Source: Promethearchaeum syntrophicum
GTDB lineage: Archaea; Asgardarchaeota; Lokiarchaeia; Sigyniarchaeales; Promethearchaeaceae
Direction: 5' to 3'
Length of the DNA: 32,000 bases
Assembly (NCBI RefSeq): GCF_008000775.2
Contig: NZ_CP042905.2
Span: 510,001 to 542,000, forward strand
The notes beneath the pieces are model-generated. The model made no database searches. It was not told the DNA's origin and worked only from the letters and a program-made list of their open reading frames with translations. Below are positions 8,723 to 16,740 of this stretch, piece by piece (positions within the stretch are counted from its first letter, which is position 1; the number at the start of each line of letters is the position of its first letter). The position numbers and the translations under genes were made by a program.

Positions 8723-9588
8723 TCATTTTTTCCCAAAATTCGCTTAAATGAACATCCAGATACTTTGCCCGAAAGATGAATATCACAAAATCTCTGATTA
8801 GCTCCACAATCGGTTTTAAAATGAAGATAATTACCAAAACAGCAATCTGTGGCAAGAATAATGTTATATTCATTCAGTTTATCGCAAAAATTTGAAAATT
8901 CCGCTAAAAATTTTGATCTTTCTTTGAAAAAGAGATCTTCTGGTGACATGGTTTTAAAACTTAATAAATATACTCCTGAAAAATGATTCTCTAAAGCAAA
9001 ATCTGCAAGATATTGCAAATCTTTAAGATTTTGTCTGGAAATAACAAAATTTAACGCTAATGGTAATGGCGAACTCTGGTAAATTGATAATTGTGGTTGT
9101 ATCCAATCGGGGACTCCATGTGTAAATAGATGTGGATATCGCAGACTATCTAAAGAAATGGATACGCCGTCCGCATATTGAATAACTTCTGGGAAATTTT
9201 CTGGGATTTGAACAGCATTGGTCGTATAATTGGCATATTTTAAGTATTTTTGTTGTTTGGCATATTTTAAAAAATCAAGAAATTGAGGATGGGTAGTAGG
9301 TTCCCCGCCTCCTAAAGCAATTTGCCAAGGAGTGTATTTTTTGAGTACTGTTTGAAAAGTTGAGAAAGTCATAAAATTTTGATTGACATTGGAGTGTTGA
9401 TAACAGAATTCTCTACATTTCGCATGATTGGGAATATTACAGTAATCTGTTATATGGACTTGAAGTAAATGTTTGTAGTCTTTATTCTTTTGTTGATATT
9501 TGGCGATAATTTCAAGATCATCTTTTGAAAATGGACGGACTAATGATTTTCGGTTTCTACCAAATGATTCTACAGCCAATATTCTCAA
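8671..9588 (-). CDS. radical SAM-like enzyme with a twitch/SPASM-like C-terminal Cys motif
   Basis: The candidate cluster loop is HITDYCNIPNHAKCREFCY. The SAM-binding motif is ALGGGEPTTHPQF. The C-terminal DCGANQRFCDIHLSGKVSGC fits CX9-15GX4C. The start is a TTG codon. Confidence 0.6.
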   Translation of the reverse strand: MRILAVESFGRNRKSLVRPFSKDDLEIIAKYQQKNKDYKHLLQVHITDYCNIPNHAKCREFCYQHSNVNQNFMTFSTFQTVLKKYTPWQIALGGGEPTTHPQFLDFLKYAKQQKYLKYANYTTNAVQIPENFPEVIQYADGVSISLDSLRYPHLFTHGVPDWIQPQLSIYQSSPLPLALNFVISRQNLKDLQYLADFALENHFSGVYLLSFKTMSPEDLFFKERSKFLAEFSNFCDKLNEYNIILATDCCFGNYLHFKTDCGANQRFCDIHLSGKVSGCSFKRILGKNECPLIKYIQDLQEMFYS

Positions 9589-9738
9589 CTTTTATTTTGA
9601 ATTTTAATTATTTCTAACAGGTTAATTTACTCGATTTGTTTATTATATTCTTTTTGATCAGTAACTTATTTATTTTCCTATTTTTATTGTGGGTTTTTTC
9701 GAGTTTACTGACAGATTGAATTAATTATTTAGTATAAA

Positions 9739-9855
9739 ATGATTATTATGGTAAGCATAGAAGAAAATAACTTGGATACCAATGTCGATGGGAGTAAACT
9801 CACTATCGTCATTGATTTAGATCATGAAATGGGAAAGTTTTCTTTAATAGATTGA
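9739..9855 (+). CDS. candidate 38-aa small ORF (MIIMVSIEENNLDTNVDGSKLTIVIDLDHEMGKFSLID)
   Basis: An ATG-initiated ORF in the 338-bp gap that lies upstream of, and divergent from, the rSAM gene. It is acidic, lacks Cys and has no recognisable family. It may well be non-coding. Confidence 0.15.
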   Translation: MIIMVSIEENNLDTNVDGSKLTIVIDLDHEMGKFSLID

Positions 9856-9944
9856 TTAAAATTTTTATATTCAAATTAACTAATTATCTACTAATCCTTT
9901 CCAAACTATTATCATGAAATTAGGAAATGGAGTGGGTAAAAACT

Positions 9945-10249
9945 ATGCACCTCAAAGAAAAAATTGGTCAAGAAGTTTCTGTCGTTGGAAAGATTTCGGA
10001 CATTATGTGGCAACATATGATATCTTACGAACCGGATTACCAAGAGATTCTCTATTTTGACCCTAAAAATGGGGATGCTCAAATTGTACTCTATGCTAAA
10101 ACACAGATTAAAAATAAACCCAATAAATATCTGAAAGTGTTGGTAAAGTAAAGGAAATTAAAAGTAATCGCCAAAAAGGACAGAAAATTGAGGATGGAGA
10201 TTATCAGGAATATCATCTCATTGTAAATCGGTATGGAAACATGAATTAG
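9945..10249 (+). pseudogene. frameshifted paralog of the 12441..12746 small OB-fold-like gene
   Basis: MHLKEKIGQEVSVVGKISDIMWQHMISYEPDYQEILYFDPKNGDAQIVLYAKTQIKNKPNKYLKV aligns residue for residue with 12441..12746. At about 10139-10141 this copy reads gtgttggt, where copy 2 reads gtatttggt. That is one T fewer, giving a stop at 10149-10151. The +1 frame then continues as KEIKSNRQKGQKIEDGDYQEYHLIVNRYGNMN, homologous to the copy 2 tail. Confidence 0.7.
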
Positions 10250-10340
10250 GATTCACTTTAAAAAAATTATAATCATTGAACTTTTCAAAGTATCATCAAT
10301 ATTGGAAATTATTAAATGCATTATTAGAGCAATATGAAAT

Positions 10341-11489
10341 ATGGATGAAATTGAATCCATAGTTAAAGAAAAAAAGAATAACCAAGAAAAAAAATTTACT
10401 TTGAAAGAATTTGGAGGTGCTTTTGGAGATTGGGGAACTCTTATCCCATATATCATTGGTTATATTTCAATAGTCGGATTGCATCCAGCAGGAATTTTTT
10501 TATGTTTGGGAATTACAAATATTGTCCTAGGACTCAGATATAATTTACCGCTTCCTGTACAACCTCAAAAGACTATCGGAGCCATAGCGATATCTACTAA
10601 ATGGGCACCAAATATGGTGATTTCTACTGGTTTCGGGACGGGAATAATATGGTTGCTACTTGGATTTTCAAAAAAATTAAACAATGTAGTAAAATTGATT
10701 CCTATTGTATCTGTTAGAGGCATCCAACTTGGGCTTGCATTATTATTAGGTCATAATTCAATAATTATGTTTTCTGATAATTTATTATTGGGTTTCATTT
10801 CAGTAGCAATTATTCTTATATTTATTAAAAGCAAAAAAATTCCCTCAGCAATAATTCTTACAATTTTCGGAGTAATTCTATTAATTGTAAATGGAGTTTT
10901 TCAATCAAAGTCTATCTGGTTTAGTCTACCGATATTTGAGTTTCACATCCCTACATGGGATAACTTATTTTGGGGCATGATTTATGCAGGTTTTGGCCAA
11001 TTATTTTTAACGTTAACTAACGTAATGGTAGCAACTGTTATTTTAATCAGAGATTTATTTCCAAATAAATCGGATAAGATTGATGCCAACTCTCTCTCAT
11101 TTAATATGGGTGTATTGAATACAATATCGCCCTTTGTTGGAGGAATCCCACTTTGCCATGGTTCTGGAGGGCTAGCTGCACAATATGCATTTGGTGCAAG
11201 ATCTGGAGGTTCTATGATATTAGAAGGAATTATGGAAATTGTGTTGGGATTATTCTTTTCAAATACGTTATTTATTATATTTTCGGAATTTCCTCAAGCG
11301 ATTCTTGGTGCAATGCTTCTTTATACAGCAACACTATTGGTTAAAGTTTCATTTAAGGAATATAACTCAAAAAATTTACCAATTATTTTGCTTTCGGCAA
11401 CTTTTGCGTATTTTTTCAATATTTCTATAGGTTTTCTAGTTGGTTTGGGGCTAAATTATATTTTAAAAGCCATGAAGTATCTTACCTAA
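10341..11489 (+). CDS. putative sulfate/molybdate transporter (MFS_MOT1 / MOT1-SULTR5-like)
   Basis: EFGGAFGDWGTLIPYIIG and NLPLPVQPQKTIGAIAIS match the two hallmark blocks of MOT1-type molybdate transporters (GDLGTxIP, PMPVQPMKSIAAVAIS). It is a polytopic membrane protein. Confidence 0.75.
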   Translation: MDEIESIVKEKKNNQEKKFTLKEFGGAFGDWGTLIPYIIGYISIVGLHPAGIFLCLGITNIVLGLRYNLPLPVQPQKTIGAIAISTKWAPNMVISTGFGTGIIWLLLGFSKKLNNVVKLIPIVSVRGIQLGLALLLGHNSIIMFSDNLLLGFISVAIILIFIKSKKIPSAIILTIFGVILLIVNGVFQSKSIWFSLPIFEFHIPTWDNLFWGMIYAGFGQLFLTLTNVMVATVILIRDLFPNKSDKIDANSLSFNMGVLNTISPFVGGIPLCHGSGGLAAQYAFGARSGGSMILEGIMEIVLGLFFSNTLFIIFSEFPQAILGAMLLYTATLLVKVSFKEYNSKNLPIILLSATFAYFFNISIGFLVGLGLNYILKAMKYLT

Positions 11490-11641
11490 TTTACTTTTCC
11501 AAATTTTTAATTCTTATGCAATATCTACTAAATGGACACTAAATATGGTAATTAATTGATCGCAATAGGCTCTCCACAAAACCAAATTGAGAGAGTTAGA
11601 TTGGTATATTAAAAAGTAATTTATTAGAAATTATTATTTCC

Positions 11642-12331
11642 ATGTGCTGCTACTATCAATATATGGAACCAATCCCATCGGTAGAAAACCGTCAGCACTG
11701 TGATGATGGTTATCTGAAGTTTTTAAATCGAATTCTGCCCCTCAAACTTCTTGTTGTTGTTGTATTTTTATTCCTTTGTGGGATGTGGGCAATAATTTTT
11801 GCGTATGAAAAATATGGCTTCTTAATGGCAGTTCTTTGGACAGTTGTTCCGGTATACATTATTGGTTATCCCATTGGAGCCTGGTACAATAAGATTCAAG
11901 TAAAAAATCACTGGTGGTATATTGGAAATGAAGTTATCATGGTGCACAACGGAGTTTTCTCATTACACTTGGCTCGAATTCCCTACGATCGAATCCAGAA
12001 TATGGATTCTCATAAAGGTTTCTTTGATCGCATAGGAGGCTTTTACAGAATCCAAATTCAAACTGCGGGCTCTTCAATAAACACAAAAACCAAAGCTGAG
12101 GGTGTCCTATTTGGGGTAAGAGAACCTGAACCTATCATAGAAGACATTTTTGCACAAATGGAATGCAAAGAAATAACTAAGGATGCAATTAATCCAAAAA
12201 ATTTTACTGCCAGCCTTAATGACGCAACTCAAATACCACGTGATATCAGTAATGATTCCCCCGAGCTGATAGAAATATTACTCCGTATAGAACAAAAACT
12301 TGGAAACATCGAAGAATTGCTTAAAACTTAG
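11642..12331 (+). CDS. membrane protein with a bacterial-type PH domain (bPH_2, YdbS/YdbT-like)
   Basis: Two N-terminal TM helices are followed by WWYIGNEVIMVHNGVFSLHLARIPYDRIQNMDSHKGFFDRIGGFYRIQIQTAGSS, the bPH_2 signature. The true start may be the internal Met at 11663. Confidence 0.7.
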   Translation: MCCYYQYMEPIPSVENRQHCDDGYLKFLNRILPLKLLVVVVFLFLCGMWAIIFAYEKYGFLMAVLWTVVPVYIIGYPIGAWYNKIQVKNHWWYIGNEVIMVHNGVFSLHLARIPYDRIQNMDSHKGFFDRIGGFYRIQIQTAGSSINTKTKAEGVLFGVREPEPIIEDIFAQMECKEITKDAINPKNFTASLNDATQIPRDISNDSPELIEILLRIEQKLGNIEELLKT

Positions 12332-12440
12332 TTATAGAATTGTTGATAAAAATTAGGAGTATCTGATAATCCCAGATTGCTCTGTAATATTTCCGTACAA
12401 AACTTAACCATGAAGCGGGGAAACGAAGTGAGTATTAATT

Positions 12441-12746
12441 ATGCAGCTTAAAGAAAAAATCGACCAAGAAGTCTCTATCGTTGGAACGATCTCGGACATT
12501 ATGTGGCAGCATATGATCGCCTACGAACCGGGTTATCCGGAAATTCTCTATTTTGACCCTAAAAATGGGGATAATCAAATGGTGCTCTATGCAAAAGCAC
12601 AGATTAAAAATATACCAAATAAATATGTGAAAGTATTTGGTATAGTGAAGGAAATTAAAAGTTCTGGTGAAAAAGGTCAGAAAATTGAGGATGGAGATTA
12701 TCGGGAATATCATCTCATTGTTAGCAGGTATGAATACGTGGATTAA
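12441..12746 (+). CDS. small OB-fold-like protein, function unknown (intact paralog)
   Basis: A 101-aa product with an alternating beta-strand pattern (EVSIVGTISDI ... EILYFDPKNGDNQMVLYAKAQI ... KYVKVFGIVKEIK ... YHLIVSRYEYV) reminiscent of OB-fold domains. The fold assignment is inference. The antisense ORF 12435..12755 is its shadow. Confidence 0.6.
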   Translation: MQLKEKIDQEVSIVGTISDIMWQHMIAYEPGYPEILYFDPKNGDNQMVLYAKAQIKNIPNKYVKVFGIVKEIKSSGEKGQKIEDGDYREYHLIVSRYEYVD

Positions 12747-12890
12747 TTTCTTCAAAACTCTATAAGATGCTTAAATCCATTCTTCCTCTACAATTTTTAG
12801 AAGGGGTTGGAAAAATTTATATTGTTCCGCTTTAATAACTCCTTAGCTTTATCTTTATTCAATCTTCAAGGTTTAAATTGAAAAAAATTA

Positions 12891-13349
12891 ATGGGAAAGA
12901 ATATGAAAACTCAAAAAAAACCCGAAAATATTGGTGCATTCATTTCTAACTGTGGGGGATGTGGAAGGAAATTCCTTGCAGGTTATATAATTAGATATAC
13001 CCCTGGAATATTTAGTAGTTGCCTTCATTGTTATAGTGATATGTGTGTTCGATGTGATAAAGGAGCTCTTTGCGCAGATTGTTTTAATATCGCACCAAAA
13101 GAAGTACAGAAGAGCTGTTTGCGAAATCGAAATGTATTTAAATCAATTTATTGGTTCTTTATTGCATTTTTATTAGCTATTATCTTATTTAGTTTGATTT
13201 TTGTCCTCATTTTGCATATGAAATCATTTGAAAATTATCCTGTACTACTTGTATTGGTCTATATTGGTGCTTTTGGGTGGTTACCTGCTTTTATTATTAT
13301 GAAACTCGGTTATAAATGGTGGTATAAGAATCATAAACATGAACTTTGA
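12891..13349 (+). CDS. Cys-rich (zinc-ribbon-like) membrane protein
   Basis: The N-terminus carries CGGCG ... CLHC ... CVRCDKGALCADC, followed by two hydrophobic helices (FFIAFLLAIILFSLIFVLIL, VLLVLVYIGAFGWLPAFIIM). Confidence 0.5.
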   Translation: MGKNMKTQKKPENIGAFISNCGGCGRKFLAGYIIRYTPGIFSSCLHCYSDMCVRCDKGALCADCFNIAPKEVQKSCLRNRNVFKSIYWFFIAFLLAIILFSLIFVLILHMKSFENYPVLLVLVYIGAFGWLPAFIIMKLGYKWWYKNHKHEL

Positions 13350-13404
13350 AAAAATCTCTCGAAAATAGACAAAGTATCAAATTAAACTTAATTCATAGTA
13401 TCTA

Positions 13405-14190
13405 TTATTTCTCAATGCAAACGGTTTTTTCCTTCGGTTTTAAGTACATAATCCATTGAAATCCTTTAAAATAAAGGAAATAGGCTAAAATTTGGCCAAT
13501 TAACACGATTACTTCGATGATTAACAGAACATTGTAGATTTTTATCTCTACTCCTGGCAAATTCAATGGGCTTTCATGTAAAAGATCCAACTCATAATCC
13601 CGGTATATCCCATTAATGTGAAAAATAATATTATGGGACCGTTCCAAGACTAATAAAGTTTCAGCAGCCCGAAACCAGGAAATATTAAGGAATGGGATTG
13701 GTGCTTTGCAGATGGAATGTAAGAAATTGCCGAAATTAATCCACCCGATGATATGAAAAAGTGCAATAATAATCTTAATTATATCCTCCACAAAACCGAA
13801 ATACTCGAAAATAATAGGTGGGAGCCATGTTTCTGTAATGGTGATAATGATAATGCTTCCGCCAATGAGGATGTTTAAGATCAAAGCTGTAATAAATGCT
13901 CTACGCGCCGTTACCAGTTCTTTCGAATTGAGTGTTTTATTGGTCGATGAGAGTACCCCGCAGAATCCCATGTAGATTAACTTAATAATGAAAAGGAGAA
14001 TGAAATCAAGTCCGATTGCAACAATTTTCGAGAATATTGAGGGACTGGTGCGTAATTCATCAAAAATATCACTCAATACATGCTTAAATACATAGAAGAC
14101 AAGTGAATACACTGTTAAGATGATCAAATATTTTTTAAATTTCTTGAAATGAGCAAAAATCGCATCATAAATCGAAGGTTTTGCTTGCAC
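13405..14190 (-). CDS. polytopic membrane protein, unknown function
   Basis: 261 aa with 5-6 hydrophobic segments, a GTG start and no motif I recognise. Confidence 0.5.
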   Translation of the reverse strand: MQAKPSIYDAIFAHFKKFKKYLIILTVYSLVFYVFKHVLSDIFDELRTSPSIFSKIVAIGLDFILLFIIKLIYMGFCGVLSSTNKTLNSKELVTARRAFITALILNILIGGSIIIITITETWLPPIIFEYFGFVEDIIKIIIALFHIIGWINFGNFLHSICKAPIPFLNISWFRAAETLLVLERSHNIIFHINGIYRDYELDLLHESPLNLPGVEIKIYNVLLIIEVIVLIGQILAYFLYFKGFQWIMYLKPKEKTVCIEK

Positions 14191-14345
14191 AAGTGAATTA
14201 AGAATGAATACGCTAATAATTCTTTTTCCATAAGTAAATTCACAAGACTAAATTAAAAATATAACACTTTTTATTAGATTGTGGGTTTAATGATAAAACG
14301 TAGTCATATCAATCCCACTCTTAGAATTTTTAGAGGATATGAATG

Positions 14346-14395
14346 GATTCTAGTTTCAAAGATAAGAATTTTTCAAATACGTTTCTGTTTATTAA
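14346..14395 (+). promoter_or_regulatory. 50-nt upstream module, copy 1 (ends in the TATA-like TTTATTAA)
   Basis: gattctagtttcaaagataagaatttttcaaatacgtttctgtttattaa matches 14909-14958 at 40 of 50 positions. The ends are identical over 11 nt (5') and 16 nt (3'). TTTATTAA ends 32 nt before the ATG at 14428. Confidence 0.4.
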
Positions 14396-14427
14396 GGTCA
14401 AACGATTTAATAGAATTGAAGATATCA

Positions 14428-14889
14428 ATGATACAAATTTATGAAAAAGTGTTATACGCTGGTTGGGCGGATATGGATTTTAATGGCCATATGGCCAATC
14501 GAGCGTTTTTGGATAAATCGGGTGATGTCCGTATGATGTTTTTTAGCGAGAACGGACTTTCGGGTAGAAATATGGCCAAAATGCGGATTGGTCCTGTGAT
14601 TAAAAGTGATAAATTAGAATATTTCCTAGAAATCGGACTTATGGAAGAAATTAAGTGTACATTAATCTTAGTTGGAACATCTAAAGATGGGAGTCGATTC
14701 AAAATTTGCAATGAATTTAAGAAGATGAATGGATCATTAGCTGCACGGGTTACAAGCGTTGGTGGCTGGTTAGATCTAAAATCTCGAAAATTAATTGCCC
14801 CTCCAGATTTGGTTTTAAAAATGATGGATAAATTGCATAAAACTGAAGATTTTGAGCAACTACCGTCAAGTATTAGGAAAACTCCTTAA
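14428..14889 (+). CDS. acyl-CoA thioesterase, hotdog fold (4HBT/YbgC-like)
   Basis: MIQIYEKVLYAGWADMDFNGHMANRAFLD is a typical hotdog N-terminus (DxDxxGHVxN). The start is moved to the ATG at 14428. The GTG-initiated extension from 14281 covers the promoter-like repeat and encodes low-complexity sequence. Confidence 0.7.
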   Translation: MIQIYEKVLYAGWADMDFNGHMANRAFLDKSGDVRMMFFSENGLSGRNMAKMRIGPVIKSDKLEYFLEIGLMEEIKCTLILVGTSKDGSRFKICNEFKKMNGSLAARVTSVGGWLDLKSRKLIAPPDLVLKMMDKLHKTEDFEQLPSSIRKTP

Positions 14890-14908
14890 AAATCCAAAGG
14901 AAATTAAT

Positions 14909-14958
14909 GATTCTAGTTTTAGAGTAGAGATATTTTTTAATACATTTCTGTTTATTAA
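14909..14958 (+). promoter_or_regulatory. 50-nt upstream module, copy 2
   Basis: gattctagttttagagtagagatattttttaatacatttctgtttattaa lies about 100 nt upstream of the subtilisin ATG at 15058. Confidence 0.35.
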
Positions 14959-15057
14959 TAAGAAAATAGGATTTTTTTCACAGCATTTATATAGTAACAA
15001 AAAAAAGATCCTATTATCACTTTGCATTTGTTTCCATTTGCAAAAAAAGTGATTATC

Positions 15058-16017
15058 ATGAAAAAAATAAATAAAATTTTACTCGCAAGTATGATTCTGT
15101 TTTCATTCACCTTCCTTGCATTTGAAGTTAAGGCGGTTGAAAAAGAGCCCGTTATGTATAGTATTATGGGTAACGGTGGTGGGGGTGGTACATTACCTCC
15201 AGAACAACCTCCTCAAGTGATTCCATGGGGAATAACACGAGTTAATGCCATCACTGCGGCTGCAATGGTTGATGAATCTTCTACAATTATTGCAATTCTT
15301 GATACAGGAATGGATCTCGATCATCCCGATTTAGCTGCACAATATATTTGGGGCTATGACATAGTAAATCAAGATACCCTCCCAGATGATGACCACGGAC
15401 ATGGTTCACATTGCGCAGGAACTGCTGCAGGAATTGACAATGATATCGGTGTAGTTGGAGTTGCTCCAGATGTTGGTTTATATATATTGAAGGTTCTTAA
15501 CCGTAGAGGTTCAGGAACTGATTTACAAGTCGCAACTGGAATTATTATGGCAACTGAAGGACCTGATGGTACACCTGGGACTTCAGATGATGCTGACATC
15601 ATATCAATGTCTTTGAGTGGGGGTTATGCTGAAATAATTGAAGATGCCGTTGCCTATGCAATTTCATACGGTGTGGTAGTTGTCGCAGCAACTGGAAATC
15701 AATATGCTGATGTTCCTGCATATCCGGCAGCTTATCCTGGTGTTATTAAAGTAGGGGCAACTGATATAAATGATGTAGAAGCGGATTTCTCGAACGATGG
15801 AGAAACAATTCTTGCTCCTGGTGTTAGTATCTTTTCTACATACAAAAATGCGGGTTATGCAACCATGAGTGGAACTTCAATGGCTACTCCTCATGTGGCA
15901 GGAGTATGTGCTCTTGCAATAGCGGCTCATCCTTCTTATTCGGTGGTGCAAATTGTTGCATTAGTGGAAGGATCAGCAGACGTTGCTGGTGTCGTTGATG
16001 CACTTGCTGTAGTATAA
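15058..16017 (+). CDS. secreted subtilisin-like serine protease (peptidase S8)
   Basis: The signal peptide is MKKINKILLASMILFSFTFLAFEVKA. The catalytic triad blocks are AILDTGMDLDHPDL (Asp), HGHGSHCAGTAAG (His) and SGTSMATPHVAGV (Ser). A Gly/Pro linker (GNGGGGGTLPPEQPPQ) is present, but I see no recognisable I9 propeptide. Confidence 0.9.
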   Translation: MKKINKILLASMILFSFTFLAFEVKAVEKEPVMYSIMGNGGGGGTLPPEQPPQVIPWGITRVNAITAAAMVDESSTIIAILDTGMDLDHPDLAAQYIWGYDIVNQDTLPDDDHGHGSHCAGTAAGIDNDIGVVGVAPDVGLYILKVLNRRGSGTDLQVATGIIMATEGPDGTPGTSDDADIISMSLSGGYAEIIEDAVAYAISYGVVVVAATGNQYADVPAYPAAYPGVIKVGATDINDVEADFSNDGETILAPGVSIFSTYKNAGYATMSGTSMATPHVAGVCALAIAAHPSYSVVQIVALVEGSADVAGVVDALAVV

Positions 16018-16061
16018 TCTAGGTGTATTTGAATAACCAATAATAGATCAAAAAATATCTA

Positions 16062-16073
16062 TTTTTTTTTTTT
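16062..16073 (+). terminator. oligo-T tract after the protease gene
   Basis: A T12 run begins 45 nt after the stop, preceded by a small TAGAT/ATCTA hairpin. Confidence 0.5.
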
Positions 16074-16321
16074 ATTATATAATTCAATTTATCTCCTTTT
16101 TTTTTCATAGAATTAAATGATTATAATTTTAAAAAAATCATTTTTTTTGTGAATAAGGAATATTTAATTCAAGTATTAAGAGGTAATGAGTCTTATTTTC
16201 ATCATAAATGCTCTGCATTATCGGTATAGATCTTTTTTGTTTTGTTTTTAATTACACTAATTATGTATGAAAAAGAACAAAATAAAATTGAGTTGTATTT
16301 CATAAGTTGGTTCATATTTGG

Positions 16322-16560
16322 ACCAATCGTTTGCATAACGTGCAAAATTACTATCCATAATGAATATCAGATTTGAAAAAATAAATTTTAAATATTTAAA
16401 GAGAAATGAATGCATTATAACGTGGATTAACAATATATAGGAAAAATTTGGTTTTAATTGCGATTGAGACCCGCAAAGTTTAAATACATGATCTAATTAA
16501 ATTTTTTATGATGATGATCGAAACTGGTTTTAGCTTCACCTTAAAAAAATCTTTAAATAA
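16322..16560 (+). repeat. diverged tandem duplication, copy A (promoter + 5' codons of the acyltransferase gene)
   Basis: Conserved blocks recur about 429 nt downstream. They are tgcaaaattactatcca (16342) against tgcaaaataactatcca (16771), gattaacaatatat (16425 against 16854), cgattgagaccc against cgattggaccc, tttaaa, and atgatgatcgaaactg (16511) against atgatgatagaaactg (16939). Confidence 0.7.
16479..16486 (+). promoter_or_regulatory. TATA-like box (TTTAAATA) of duplication copy A
   Basis: It lies 22 nt upstream of the ATG at 16508. The spacing implies a leaderless or very short-leader transcript. Confidence 0.35.
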
Positions 16561-16657
16561 ATTACCTAAAAACAAATCTATGAATGAATTACCCAAAGAA
16601 AAATCTTTGAATAATATTTACAAATTGATAGATATGAGTAATAAAAGAATTAATTAA
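16508..16657 (+). CDS. 49-aa sORF derived from the duplicated 5' end of the acyltransferase gene
   Basis: MMMIETGFSFTLKKSLNKLPKNKSMNELPKEKSLNNIYKLIDMSNKRIN aligns with the 16939 gene N-terminus, MMIETDLKLPEKKSSNNFLQIDIL. The LPxxKSxN unit is reiterated. Expression is unknown. Confidence 0.3.
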   Translation: MMMIETGFSFTLKKSLNKLPKNKSMNELPKEKSLNNIYKLIDMSNKRIN

Positions 16658-16740
16658 AAAGATTGACATAATGATGAATCAAACCTTCAAATTTTTTAAT
16701 GATGCATAAATTTTTTCTTTTATTTGGTAAATTAATATCG

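Noticed and set aside
11153-11430. Two 63-aa plus-strand ORFs in alternative frames of the MOT1-like transporter
   Set aside because: They are out-of-frame overlaps inside a well-supported membrane-protein gene, with Cys/Trp/Arg-rich nonsense composition.
12435-12755. 106-aa ORF antisense to the intact OB-fold-like gene
   Set aside because: The plus-strand frame is the one conserved between the two paralogous copies. The antisense frame is not preserved in copy 1.
14281-14427. 49-codon N-terminal extension of the thioesterase ORF (GTG start)
   Set aside because: The hotdog homology begins at the ATG at 14428. The extension covers the repeated promoter-like module ending in TTTATTAA and encodes basic, low-complexity sequence.
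15022-15057. TTG-initiated 12-codon extension of the subtilisin ORF
   Set aside because: The ATG at 15058 gives a textbook signal peptide (MKKINK + hydrophobic core + VKA). The extension would bury it.
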